Positions 37,929-47,649 are shown, counted from the first letter of the stretch. The stretch is DNA of 64,000 bases from Parcubacteria group bacterium (GCA_013204395.1 JABMNZ010000003.1:13570-77569); one strand, 5' to 3'. The notes: a model not told the origin generated them from the letters alone. A program made the numbers and translations.

Positions 37929-38004
37929 GCGAACGAGCGTTGGGACAACTTTGAGTCGGCAATATGCGACCGATCTCACAAGTTTGTACCAGTGATCGGT
38001 TCGC
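37929..38004 (+). repeat. Bulged-hairpin repeat family, copy 5
   Basis: GCGAACGAGCGTTGGGAC-AACTTTGAGTCGG-CAATATGCGA-CCGATCTCACAAGTT-TGTACCAGTGATCGGTTCGC. Confidence 0.92.
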
Positions 38005-38056
38005 CGCTCACAAACAAACCCACCCCTTCGACTCCGCTCAGGGAGTAATCAATAGT

Positions 38057-39076
38057 TTATTTCAAATACTTATACTTGTTCGCAATATGCTGATCAAAAC
38101 TAGCCGCATAAATCACCTCCCCTTCTGGTGTCGTTAAAAAATACAAATACTCAGAATCCACAGGATCCAACACGGCAGCAATAGAGTTCATCCCAGGGTT
38201 ACTAATCGGCCCAGGTGGCAACCCAAGATTCTTGTACGTATTATATGGCGAGTTGATTCTCGAATCTTCCAAAGAGACTCCTGGATCGCTCTTGCCGGTA
38301 ATGTAATTCACGGTTGAATCTGCCTGCAGAGCCATTCCTATCTGTAATCTTGTGAAAAAGATTCCAGCAACAATTTTCATATCTTCAACTGACTGAACCT
38401 CTCGCTCAACTATGGATGCCAGTGTCATGACCTCGTGCACAGTCAGTCCGTTATTAAAAACCAAAGAGTCTGGAATCACTATTTCGCTTTCCGCCATTCG
38501 CCTCTTAAGTGTCAGCACCATGGTGTCTACAATCGTTTGTGCACTCACGTCTTCTCGGAAACGATAAGTGTCTGGAAAAAGATAACCTTCAAGACCCTGC
38601 CCCTGTGGAATGCCAGCCAGAATATTTGACGCTGTCACCATCCATTTCCCAGCCTCTCCAGAAACTTCATTCCAATCGTCTTCACTCACACTCTCAAAAG
38701 CATCGACAACAACCGCGCCCATCTGCGAACTGGTGAAGCCCTCAGGAAAAGTCACCTCGACTTCAGAAGCCTCAGCATAAGCAAGCTCAGAAACAATACT
38801 TCTGATACTAGAACCTGGTGTGATCTCAAAACTTCCCGCCTGGAGGATAACGTCATTTAACCTGACATACACCTTGAAAAAAAATGGACTTGTAATCATT
38901 TCAGCATCACTGAGGGCTTTGGCTATCGCCTCAACTGATGCACCTTGCTCTACATCAAAAGCTACTGACTCAGCGGCATCTGATGGACCAATGAGATACG
39001 CGTCATAGGCATAGGACCCGGCTAGAATAGTTCCAACGACGACCGCGATGCCAAAGAAAAGAAGAATTGCTCTCAT
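38057..39076 (-). CDS. mltG: Endolytic transglycosylase MltG
   Basis: VTFPEG, LEGYLFPDTY, LASIVERE, LQADST, SPYNTY, GLPPGPISNPG; start trimmed to 39076. Confidence 0.95.
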   Translation of the reverse strand: MRAILLFFGIAVVVGTILAGSYAYDAYLIGPSDAAESVAFDVEQGASVEAIAKALSDAEMITSPFFFKVYVRLNDVILQAGSFEITPGSSIRSIVSELAYAEASEVEVTFPEGFTSSQMGAVVVDAFESVSEDDWNEVSGEAGKWMVTASNILAGIPQGQGLEGYLFPDTYRFREDVSAQTIVDTMVLTLKRRMAESEIVIPDSLVFNNGLTVHEVMTLASIVEREVQSVEDMKIVAGIFFTRLQIGMALQADSTVNYITGKSDPGVSLEDSRINSPYNTYKNLGLPPGPISNPGMNSIAAVLDPVDSEYLYFLTTPEGEVIYAASFDQHIANKYKYLK

Positions 39077-39080
39077 AGTA

Positions 39081-39566
39081 TTACGCTCCGTGGCAATCAA
39101 TGTATTTTTTATCTGCGCCGCAAAAACACTCTCGATCAGCACGATCCTCAGCAGTAAGCCAAGAGCTCGACTGAACCTTACCTCCTTGCCCTATATTGAA
39201 AACCGTTTCAATCCCAAGCTCTTTTGCTAGTACTGCCTCTGGAATATTATCTGCAAATCGATCCCCGCCATTTGCAAACACATGTGGTTGGATCTCTCGT
39301 AAAGCCTCGCAAACACTCATGTCCTCACAATCTACTTCGTGAGATGTAAGCAAGACTCGTGTTACACCTGCCATGGCTTCAATAATTTCCTTTCGCTGAT
39401 CCTGTGGCATAAACACGTAACCTTTTTTCTTTGTAAGCCAGTTATCGTTGTTAATAACAACCACCAGCTCATCCCCTAAAGCGGCAGCTTCTTGAATCAT
39501 CCGAACATGGCCAACATGAATCGGATCAAACCCCCCTGAGACTGTTACGATAATTTTATCGGACAT
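39081..39566 (-). CDS. Cytidylyltransferase-family protein with a C-terminal SEC-C motif
   Basis: SGGFDPIHVGH, FANGGDR, KVQSSS; tail CFCGADKKYIDCHG. Confidence 0.88.
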   Translation of the reverse strand: MSDKIIVTVSGGFDPIHVGHVRMIQEAAALGDELVVVINNDNWLTKKKGYVFMPQDQRKEIIEAMAGVTRVLLTSHEVDCEDMSVCEALREIQPHVFANGGDRFADNIPEAVLAKELGIETVFNIGQGGKVQSSSWLTAEDRADRECFCGADKKYIDCHGA

Positions 39567-39580
39567 AACTCATCGAAGAA

Positions 39581-40126
39581 CTAAATAAACAAGTGATCAA
39601 AGCGCGTAAGAGTGACTAGATACATAATGATAGGAAATAACTTTCCACCTAGCAAGCCCACCAAAGCACCAGCAACAACATCAGAGAAATAATGGACTCC
39701 GACAGCGACTCTGCCCAAGGCTACTAGTACTGCAGCTACCAATACACATACGAACAAATCAGAATTTATTGACATAAAAGCTAGAGCAAACACGAACGTA
39801 GCATGTGATGATGGAAACGAGTGTGTCTCAATAAAAGGTTTAATGATCGGCTCGTACTTTTGTTTTGTATATGGCCTTGGTCTTTTAACAATGCGGGAAA
39901 TAACAGATGTAATAACCCAAGGCACGAACAGCCCAAGCCACAACATCAAAGCCACCAAAAGAAACCGCGACGCTGTATGTGGCACACCCCATAAAGCAAC
40001 TCCATATACCACACCGATCATCAACCAAATCAAATCATCAGCACAAAAGACAGCCAAGTGACGTAAGAGCCATGACTTCTTTGTAGCCTCATGTACTGAT
40101 CGAGAAAGTCGTGTGTCTAAATTCAT
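39581..40126 (-). CDS. PAP2 family phosphatase
   Basis: RPRP, SFPSSHA, RVAVGVHYFSDV. Confidence 0.9.
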   Translation of the reverse strand: MNLDTRLSRSVHEATKKSWLLRHLAVFCADDLIWLMIGVVYGVALWGVPHTASRFLLVALMLWLGLFVPWVITSVISRIVKRPRPYTKQKYEPIIKPFIETHSFPSSHATFVFALAFMSINSDLFVCVLVAAVLVALGRVAVGVHYFSDVVAGALVGLLGGKLFPIIMYLVTLTRFDHLFI

Positions 40127-40830
40127 ACTGCCTTATCTCTTAATGTTTCGAGTTCCTCTTCTCTTCGTTTAATATCCTCGAGGATTGCCGCTGCGTCTTT
40201 GGGTGGAACTAGATTCTTATCTTTAAACGCGCACATATCAGCAACCGGACATGCCCAACAACGAGGCTTACTGATACACAGGTATCGTCCGTGCTTCACA
40301 AAGACATGGTTAACACTCTTCTTATTTTTGTCAGGAATGATTTTGAGCAAAGCCACTTCTGTCTTCTCTGGCGTCTTTGTCTTCACCCAACCGAGTCGAT
40401 TGGTTACACGATGTACATGTGTATCAACAGCTATGGCCGGTGTGTTGAACGATGCTACTAGCACAACAGAGGCTGTCTTGCGTCCCACGCCTGCCAAAGA
40501 TACAAGTTCGTCCATTGTCGACGGGACCCTCCCATCAAACATTTCAACAACCCTCATAGCCATCAATTTGAGATTCTTAGCCTTCTGTCGAAACATTCCA
40601 ATCGTGTTGATCTTTGATTCGATTTGTTTGACCGAAGCCTTAGCCAACTTCTCTGGTGTGGGAAACGCTCTAAAGAAACCTGGCATCAGCTTCAGCACCT
40701 GTTCATCTCTCGTACGAGCCGACAAAAGCACGCCAACTAGATTCTGATAAGGATTCCCAATCTCCATCGCCCCAGGGTTAGGCCAACGTTTCTTCAAAAC
40801 TTTCAATACTGGGATAATGTTTTTCTGCAT
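40123..40830 (-). CDS. nth: Endonuclease III
   Basis: LLSARTRD, LAGVGRKTA, VDTHVHR, C-x5-C-x2-C-x5-C. Confidence 0.93.
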   Translation of the reverse strand: MQKNIIPVLKVLKKRWPNPGAMEIGNPYQNLVGVLLSARTRDEQVLKLMPGFFRAFPTPEKLAKASVKQIESKINTIGMFRQKAKNLKLMAMRVVEMFDGRVPSTMDELVSLAGVGRKTASVVLVASFNTPAIAVDTHVHRVTNRLGWVKTKTPEKTEVALLKIIPDKNKKSVNHVFVKHGRYLCISKPRCWACPVADMCAFKDKNLVPPKDAAAILEDIKRREEELETLRDKAV

Positions 40831-40831
40831 G

Positions 40832-42421
40832 TCACATTAATGGTTGTCCTGTCATCTCTGGAGGCTGTGGAATCCCCATCGCCGCAAGAATTGTTGGTGC
40901 TACGTCAGCGAGCATCCCCACTGGAGGCATCAGCGATGGATCTCCCTCAGGAACCTCACCAGCGATAGATGGATGGCCTTCAAGTTGATTAGAAATGATT
41001 AAAAATGGAACTGGGTTTGTTGCGTGTTCTTTATTTATGTCTCCGGTACGCAGGTTTTTAAGTTCCTCAGCATTTCCGTGATCAGATGTGATGAACACCT
41101 GTCCGTCGCGAACAAGTGTTTCCTCAACAATTTTGCCAATAGCTGAGTCAACGGTCGACACAGCTTTTTTTGCTGCTTCGAAATCACCGGTGTGACCCAC
41201 CATATCTGGGTTAGCAAAGTTCATGACAATAAAATCATACTTGTTCTCACGCATTTCCTGAATCACCCTTTCAACAATCAGCTTCGCACTCATTTCTGGC
41301 GCCTCGTTGTATGAAGCAACCTTTGGAGATGGAATGATCACTCGCTCTTCGCCAGGAAAAGGATCTTCCTTGGTTCCATTTAAAAAGAAAGTAACGTGAG
41401 CATATTTTTCTGTTTCAGCAATATGAAGCTGCGTAAGACCTGCATCTGAGATAACTTCTGCCAAACACTTTTCAATTACCACTGGAGGAAAGGCAATTTC
41501 AACTGGCAATCCCTTTTCATAATCTGCCATGGTCACGGGGAACATGTTCTCAACTTTCTTCCGCTCAAAATTATCGAACTCTGGCATAACAAATGCCTTT
41601 GTAAGCTCACGCATTCTATCTGGTCTGAAGTTAAAAAAGATCACTGCATCATTGTCCTTAACATTTCCCACTGGCTTGTCACCATCCATAATGACAGTTG
41701 GTACAAACTCTTCGTCGTACACTTCTTTTTGATACGAAGCCTTAATTGCCTCAAGCGGATCGGTTGCCTGCTCCCCTTGGCCTAACACCATTGCGTTGTA
41801 AGCCTTCTCAACTCTATCCCATCGGTTATCTCGATCCATGGCAAAAAATCGCCCACTCAAAGAAGCGACCTTACCAATCCCAATTTCAGACATTTTAGTT
41901 TTCAATGTTGTGAAAAAATCTATACCAACATTGTAGACAGTATCTCTCCCATCCAAAATTCCATGAACGAACACTTCCTTTACCCCCTGGTCCTTAGCCA
42001 GCTGAAGCAACGCCTGGCAATGCAGATCAACTGAGTGCACACCACCGGCACTGACCATTCCTATTAGATGCAGGCGACTATTGTTCGTCTTTGTGTGTTG
42101 TATGGCGTTTGTAAATGCCTGGTTTGTATTAAATTCCCCCTCGTCAATTGCATGATTAATTCTTGGAAAAATCTGATAGTAAACGCGCCCTGCCCCAATG
42201 GCCAAGTGTCCAACCTGCGAATTTCCCATTTCCCCCCAAGACAAACCAACTTCCTCCCCCGCCGCTCGCAGGGTCATGGTCGGATAAGTTCTAATAAACC
42301 GATCGTAGTTTGGTGTCGGGGCCCTAAAGATGGCATTTCCCTCACTATCTGGTGCTACACCGAATCCATCAATAACGATCAAGACGGTAGGTTTTTTGAT
42401 ATCAGGCATAAGTAAAATCAT
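40832..42421 (-). CDS. gpmI: 2,3-bisphosphoglycerate-independent phosphoglycerate mutase
   Basis: MGNSQVGH, DGRD, AMDRD, AETEKYAHVT, NPDMVGHTG, TSDHGNAE. Confidence 0.96.
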   Translation of the reverse strand: MILLMPDIKKPTVLIVIDGFGVAPDSEGNAIFRAPTPNYDRFIRTYPTMTLRAAGEEVGLSWGEMGNSQVGHLAIGAGRVYYQIFPRINHAIDEGEFNTNQAFTNAIQHTKTNNSRLHLIGMVSAGGVHSVDLHCQALLQLAKDQGVKEVFVHGILDGRDTVYNVGIDFFTTLKTKMSEIGIGKVASLSGRFFAMDRDNRWDRVEKAYNAMVLGQGEQATDPLEAIKASYQKEVYDEEFVPTVIMDGDKPVGNVKDNDAVIFFNFRPDRMRELTKAFVMPEFDNFERKKVENMFPVTMADYEKGLPVEIAFPPVVIEKCLAEVISDAGLTQLHIAETEKYAHVTFFLNGTKEDPFPGEERVIIPSPKVASYNEAPEMSAKLIVERVIQEMRENKYDFIVMNFANPDMVGHTGDFEAAKKAVSTVDSAIGKIVEETLVRDGQVFITSDHGNAEELKNLRTGDINKEHATNPVPFLIISNQLEGHPSIAGEVPEGDPSLMPPVGMLADVAPTILAAMGIPQPPEMTGQPLM

Positions 42422-42538
42422 TATACGTTGATCGCCCGTGCTTTTGAAGGAGGTCTTGTATTTCGGTCAGTGTTTCATTGACAAACAAAAAAGGGGCACA
42501 TAAGGTTTGGTCGCCTCGGCAGAAAGGTGGTCAGTACA

Positions 42539-42970
42539 GTGAGTGACCTCTCAGTTTTTCTCCTCAACCGACTCAAGGAAGATGACCGTCCGCAGACCAT
42601 CACCATGGAAGCAACTGCGGGCGAGAACGATGGTGTTCGTATCAGACTCCCGAATGACGACGAGCTCATCGAAGTGAAAGCCAGAACTGCAACACTGGAC
42701 GGAAGATCCGGAAGGCTCCCTTGGTACATCCTGGCCGACACCTATCTCAGAATGACTGGTGCACGTGTCGCCATGGAGCTCGCCAGAGCACGATCTGTCC
42801 AGCCCCCAATGCCATCAACCACCAGATCTTGGATCTTGCAAGACGGAACCACCACGGACTACAAGACCCCCAGCACCCACGAATGGTTCGCTGCTGACCA
42901 GAAGGTCGATCCGCCACCCAAAGGTGCTGTTCTGCGAATCACCTTCTCGTATCCAGGATACGGCAAGTAA
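42539..42970 (+). CDS. Orphan hypothetical protein
   Basis: Promoter TTGACA-17-TAAGGT (42478-42506), GAAAGG SD before GTG 42539, terminator-like hairpin at about 42992-43019. Confidence 0.7.
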   Translation: MSDLSVFLLNRLKEDDRPQTITMEATAGENDGVRIRLPNDDELIEVKARTATLDGRSGRLPWYILADTYLRMTGARVAMELARARSVQPPMPSTTRSWILQDGTTTDYKTPSTHEWFAADQKVDPPPKGAVLRITFSYPGYGK

Positions 42971-43105
42971 GCCCCACGCGACCAAACGCCGCCCGTCTCA
43001 TCACTGAGCCGGGTTTTTTCTTTACTCACATACCACGGTCCTGCAGTGAGTTAAAATTAAGTAACACATCAAAAAACCACCGAGAAAACTTGGTGGTTTT
43101 TGGCA

Positions 43106-43130
43106 GGGGCTCGTGAGTCATGTTCGAACT
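43106..43130 (+). repeat. Direct repeat GGGGCTCGTGAG-N8-GAACT, copy 1 (tRNA 3'-end-like on the minus strand)
   Basis: Second copy at 44295-44319. Confidence 0.6.
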
Positions 43131-43211
43131 ATTTGTATGGTGTAGAGGCGGGTCACCCCATCTCGGGGCTCGATATTTACTTGCACAGGCAAGAGTTAAT
43201 CGTACCCTTAG

Positions 43212-43646
43212 CTACTGAGTGTCTTTGGTGATCAAGGCCTGTCTCCGTTCCTCCAAAAGACGTATGTATTCTCTCCAAGTATCCAGTATGGAGGTTTTGA
43301 AGAATGGAGGTTTCGCACGACTTAACTCATCGCCGTATTCCTCTCGACCTTCTTCAATATATCCTTTATATTGCAAAATTTCCTGATCTATTTCTTCGAC
43401 AAAAAATGCTTGCAACTCTGCTTCCGGCAGGTCTTTGAAGATGACATCAAGCTTTCCATCGTCCCTCAGCCTGGACAGAAAGTAGTTCAGATTCGAAACC
43501 TCTGCTTCCACAGGTGTTTGAAAGGCATCATCTTGATCGCCCTCGAGTGTCTCGCCTTTCAAGAAATCCTCAACTATGCTTTTGCTTCGCCGGATGGATT
43601 CGATAGGGCCCGGCAGTGATTCCCCTTCTCCATTTGGTCCAATCAC
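43212..43646 (-). CDS. Orphan acidic hypothetical protein
   Basis: 144-aa ORF with protein-like composition; start uncertain. Confidence 0.55.
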   Translation of the reverse strand: MIGPNGEGESLPGPIESIRRSKSIVEDFLKGETLEGDQDDAFQTPVEAEVSNLNYFLSRLRDDGKLDVIFKDLPEAELQAFFVEEIDQEILQYKGYIEEGREEYGDELSRAKPPFFKTSILDTWREYIRLLEERRQALITKDTQ

Positions 43647-43721
43647 TCTATATGACCAAGTTGACCATAGCTGCTAGTATATATCATAGTGTTGTTATTA
43701 ATGTGTTGTTATTAACTAACA

Positions 43722-44165
43722 GTGTTTATGGACGTAAGAAAACACAGAGGGAGCAGCTTTGAGCGCCCCGATGAGAAGAAAGGCAAACTCAAGGAGGCTG
43801 TGACTATGACCCCTGATAAATTAGTAGGCGTAAAGGAGATTCTTCATCAGACCTTTACGCTTGACGGAAGCCGCGCTGTGGCCTTAGCTCTTAGAAACAG
43901 CATGTCGGGAGATGAGAATAATGAATTTAGTATTCGCTTCCAGGAAGCTGAGCTTGGCCCTGACGGAGAGATACAAACAGATCACAACGGAGCTGATCTC
44001 CGTGGGGATAAGCGTATGGCTGATATGATATATGCTGTTGCCCAGGATCGTTTCGGTAGTTTTCCAGACGTAAAAACGGCGAGCGAGTTCATTACAGCAT
44101 TTCAGATTGATTTGGAGACAGCACTTGGAGCAGTTGATGGTGGTCAGGGTGAGGAGACAAGCTAA
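43722..44165 (+). CDS. Orphan hypothetical protein
   Basis: 147-aa ORF, divergent from the previous gene; ATG probably at 43728. Confidence 0.6.
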   Translation: MFMDVRKHRGSSFERPDEKKGKLKEAVTMTPDKLVGVKEILHQTFTLDGSRAVALALRNSMSGDENNEFSIRFQEAELGPDGEIQTDHNGADLRGDKRMADMIYAVAQDRFGSFPDVKTASEFITAFQIDLETALGAVDGGQGEETS

Positions 44166-44294
44166 CCCCCAGAGCACAGGATCATTCAGAGCCTCGATCG
44201 AGGGGTCGTTAAGGGTGTGCAGTAGTCATTCTTGTGCGGGCAGCCTTCTTTGTCTAAACAAAAACCTCCACGACAATCGCGAAGGAAATTCGGC

Positions 44295-44319
44295 GGGGCT
44301 CGTGAGGTGGACTAGAACT
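44295..44319 (+). repeat. Direct repeat GGGGCTCGTGAG-N8-GAACT, copy 2
   Basis: Matches 43106-43130. Confidence 0.6.
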
Positions 44320-44650
44320 CTGCATCTAGTCTTATCCTCTTCTTTGATAATGCCCCCTCAAAAAGTCGATAACTTTTTCTTTTTTCCGGCTTGTACATAG
44401 CTGGCATCCCGATAAGCCTGCCACATTTTTTACAATCGAGAACCATTATGTCTTTTAGTGGGCGCGCCTGTAGTCCAACGTATTTTTTCGGTGCATGAAT
44501 TCGATCTAGATAAAGACGCAGTAAAGGCCCTGGACCATCTTTTTGATAATGAAAAAACTTCGTTCCGCATTTGGAACACGACAGTTCAAACATCTGGGCA
44601 CCACCACCACGATCTTCTCTTTTCTTATCTGACTTGAATTGCATATTCAT
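44312..44650 (-). CDS. Small zinc-ribbon hypothetical protein
   Basis: CSKC...YQKDGPGPLLRLYLDRI...CKKC. Confidence 0.75.
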   Translation of the reverse strand: MNMQFKSDKKREDRGGGAQMFELSCSKCGTKFFHYQKDGPGPLLRLYLDRIHAPKKYVGLQARPLKDIMVLDCKKCGRLIGMPAMYKPEKRKSYRLFEGALSKKRIRLDAEF

Positions 44651-44675
44651 AAGAACACCATCAATGTTACCGAGT

Positions 44676-45935
44676 CTATCTCACCGCAAGCTCCTCCTCG
44701 ATTTCCATTAACCTATTATATTTTGCCAAACGTTCTGAGCGAGATAACGATCCTGTTTTTATGAAGTCTGCGTTCACTGCCACGGCCAAGTCGGCAATGG
44801 TTGTGTCAGCAGTCTCTCCAGAGCGATGAGACACGCTGATCTTATAGTTGTATTGCTTGGCGAGCATGATGGCATCCACTGCTTCTGAAAGTGAGCCAAT
44901 CTGGTTTACTTTAATCAAGATGGCATTCGCAGCTTTAAGCTCGATGGATTTTCGCAATCGCTCCACATTAGTCACGAGGAAATCATCTCCAACCAAAGCA
45001 ACTTTTTTTCCAAGACGTTTGTTGAGCTCAATCCAACCATCCCAATCGTCTTGATCCAGACCATCCTCAAGAGAAATGATCGGGTACTTGGCAATCCACT
45101 TCTCCCACATGGCTATCATCTGAGTGCTCGTAAGATTCTTTCCATCCACTTTCAACTCGTACTTCTTTGTCTTGCTGTTATAGATCTCACTGACAGCTGG
45201 ATCCATAGCAAGGTGCACATCCTTCCCCGCTTTGTACCCTGCCTTTTTAATAGCTAGCATAATCAGTTTAAAAGCATCTTCATTTTTCTTGAGAGGAACG
45301 GCATACCCACCTTCATCCCCCTTAAGGGTAGAGAATCCTCTGCTGGCAAGAATATCTCCCAGAGCATGGAAAACTTCTGAACCGCATCGCACGCGCTCTT
45401 TAAACTTGCTTTGACGCGGGACAATCATGAATTCCTGAAAGTCTAAAATCCATCCGGCATGCGCTCCCCCGTTGAGAACATTCATGGTTGGAATGGGTAG
45501 CTTAAAGGTAGTGAGTGGGATATCGAATGTATGACGAAGATATGCATACAGTGGCATCTTCTTCACCTTGGCAGCTGCATGTGCACACGCAAGACTCACA
45601 CCCAAAATGGCATTTGCACCAAGGTTTGATTTGTTTGATGTGCCATCAAGTTCAATCATTGCAGCGTCAATATCACGCTGACGAGTCACGTTCATACCAG
45701 CAAGCACTGGTGCGATCTTTTTATGAACATTAGCAACGGCCTTGAGCACCCCATTTCCTCGATAGCGCTTCTTGTCTCCATCACGCAACTCCAAAGCTTC
45801 ATGTATGCCTGTTGATGCGCCAGATGGAACACTGGCAGATCCAGATAGACCGTTTTTTAAAAGAACGGTTACGTTCAGAGTCGGAGTTCCTCTTGAATCG
45901 AGAATCTCGTGTGCGTGGATGGATTCAATGTTCAT
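44676..45935 (-). CDS. eno: Enolase
   Basis: EILDSRG, PSGASTG, GDEGG, LIKVNQIGS, SHRSGET, RSER. Confidence 0.97.
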   Translation of the reverse strand: MNIESIHAHEILDSRGTPTLNVTVLLKNGLSGSASVPSGASTGIHEALELRDGDKKRYRGNGVLKAVANVHKKIAPVLAGMNVTRQRDIDAAMIELDGTSNKSNLGANAILGVSLACAHAAAKVKKMPLYAYLRHTFDIPLTTFKLPIPTMNVLNGGAHAGWILDFQEFMIVPRQSKFKERVRCGSEVFHALGDILASRGFSTLKGDEGGYAVPLKKNEDAFKLIMLAIKKAGYKAGKDVHLAMDPAVSEIYNSKTKKYELKVDGKNLTSTQMIAMWEKWIAKYPIISLEDGLDQDDWDGWIELNKRLGKKVALVGDDFLVTNVERLRKSIELKAANAILIKVNQIGSLSEAVDAIMLAKQYNYKISVSHRSGETADTTIADLAVAVNADFIKTGSLSRSERLAKYNRLMEIEEELAVR

Positions 45936-47116
45936 AGTTTCAATGTCTCAACGCCTGGAAGTTTATCTCCGGCTAAAAATTGTAATAGGGCGCCACCGCC
46001 TGTTGATAAAAGAGTGAACTGATCAGCAAGTCCAAGATTCTCAATCGCTGGCATGGTATCTCCCCCACCAACTATAGTGGTTGCTTTGCCAGTCCTGTCG
46101 GCAATGGCTTTTGCAACTTGTCTTGTTGCCCCACAGAACGTTGGTATCTCACAATACCCAAGAGGGCCATTCCAGACGACGGTCTTAGCTTTTTCAATTT
46201 GTCCTACATACTCGGCAATCGTCTCTGGGCCAAGATCAACGATTCTATGAACGGCTTGAATCTGATCGACTGGCACTATTTCCTGCTTGGCATCTTTTCT
46301 CAATGCCCGCACAACAACCACGTCCGTTGGTAAAAAAATCTTTCCTTCCGCCACCTTCATAATTCGCTCTGCGCTTGCCACCGCCTTCTTCTCATAAACG
46401 GACTTTCCAACAGCAAGTCCTTGAGCTACAAAAAAAGCTGTCGATAAAGCCCCTCCTAAGAGCACCGCATCTATCTGTGAAGCGAAGTGTTCGATGATTG
46501 GAATCTTTGTTGTCATCTTTAACCCGCCCAAAGTTAGAACAAACGGACGTTTGCTATTTACCCCAAGCTTAGACAGTACCGATACTTCATTTGAAAGAAG
46601 TGGTCCTGCATAAGACGGTAATTCTGAAGTAATCGCGTCAATACTCGCGTGCTCTCTATGAGACACAGAGAAAGCGTCATTTACATAAAGATCCGCAAGC
46701 TTAGCAAGCGCACTGGCAAATGAGGCATCGTTTTCTTTCTCTCTTGAGTCAAAACGGAGGTTCTCCAGCAACAACACTTCCCCATCACCAAGAAGTTCAA
46801 CTTGTTTTTGAACATCTTTGCCAATAATTGATCTTGCAAGTTTCACTTTACAACCAAGCAAACTTGAAAGGCGTTTAGCAATTGGCTTCACGGAATAGGC
46901 GCTAACACGCCTGCCGTTTGGACGTCCCAAATGGGTCATGACAATAACTTTGGCCCCTCGTTGTAAAAGCCAATTAATGCCAACCGCACTTCTAGCAATT
47001 CTTCCGTGCGGACCATCAACAGCCTTGCCCATCTTAATGGGCACATTGGCATCAATCCGAACAAGCACACGCTTACTCTTAAGACTCATGTCATTTCGAA
47101 GTTTTTTCAAACGCAT
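45932..47116 (-). CDS. pgk: Phosphoglycerate kinase
   Basis: RIDANVP, HLGRP, LLENLRF, WNGPLG, GGGDT, STGGGA. Confidence 0.96.
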   Translation of the reverse strand: MRLKKLRNDMSLKSKRVLVRIDANVPIKMGKAVDGPHGRIARSAVGINWLLQRGAKVIVMTHLGRPNGRRVSAYSVKPIAKRLSSLLGCKVKLARSIIGKDVQKQVELLGDGEVLLLENLRFDSREKENDASFASALAKLADLYVNDAFSVSHREHASIDAITSELPSYAGPLLSNEVSVLSKLGVNSKRPFVLTLGGLKMTTKIPIIEHFASQIDAVLLGGALSTAFFVAQGLAVGKSVYEKKAVASAERIMKVAEGKIFLPTDVVVVRALRKDAKQEIVPVDQIQAVHRIVDLGPETIAEYVGQIEKAKTVVWNGPLGYCEIPTFCGATRQVAKAIADRTGKATTIVGGGDTMPAIENLGLADQFTLLSTGGGALLQFLAGDKLPGVETLKL

Positions 47117-47144
47117 ATCGCCCCCATCCTATCATGTACAAGTG

Positions 47145-47648
47145 CTACCCAAACAGCCACTTTGTCCACTTGCCCGCCTTTTCAAATCGGCGCTCAAGTA
47201 ACCCGTCCAATCCCAACACATGCCCGAAGCCCCCAGTGATGAATAGAACAAATACAAGTGAGTACATTATGTGTTCATCAATGATACCGTGGGCTGTATT
47301 GGATTCAAATCCAGCAAAGTAATACAGAAGCATGAGTAGGATTCCAGACAAAGCGGCCGGGCGCATGAACATCCCGAAAATCAAACCCAAACCAATTAAC
47401 ATCAAGCCCCAGATGTTCAGTTGATCAATGAATCCATTTCCTGCCATGGACTGAAAGAATTCAGCAAAAGGTCCAGTTGCTCCGGATAGATAGCCCGCTG
47501 CGCTCCAACCTCCCTCTGCTGTGAACTTCTCCCAACCTGCTGTAAAAAAAAGGACACCAATAGAAATGCGAAGTAGTAAGCCTGCCCACGCAAAACCCTC
47601 TGGCATCATAGCTCTTGAAAAACCAGAAAAAGATGTTGATTTACGCAT
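47145..47648 (-). CDS. DoxX family membrane protein
   Basis: LLRISIG..F..AGWEK, LGLDG; four TMs. Confidence 0.85.
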   Translation of the reverse strand: MRKSTSFSGFSRAMMPEGFAWAGLLLRISIGVLFFTAGWEKFTAEGGWSAAGYLSGATGPFAEFFQSMAGNGFIDQLNIWGLMLIGLGLIFGMFMRPAALSGILLMLLYYFAGFESNTAHGIIDEHIMYSLVFVLFITGGFGHVLGLDGLLERRFEKAGKWTKWLFG

Positions 47649-47649
47649 A

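Noticed and set aside
22282-38004. Hairpin repeats as a CRISPR array or canonical integron attC sites
   Set aside because: The copies are kilobases apart with no regular spacers or cas genes. The paired AAC/GTT lacks RYYYAAC/GTTRRRY context and the unpaired central spacer, and no integron integrase is visible
43101-43130. tRNA gene
   Set aside because: Only a T-loop/acceptor-like 3' fragment; no D arm or anticodon arm
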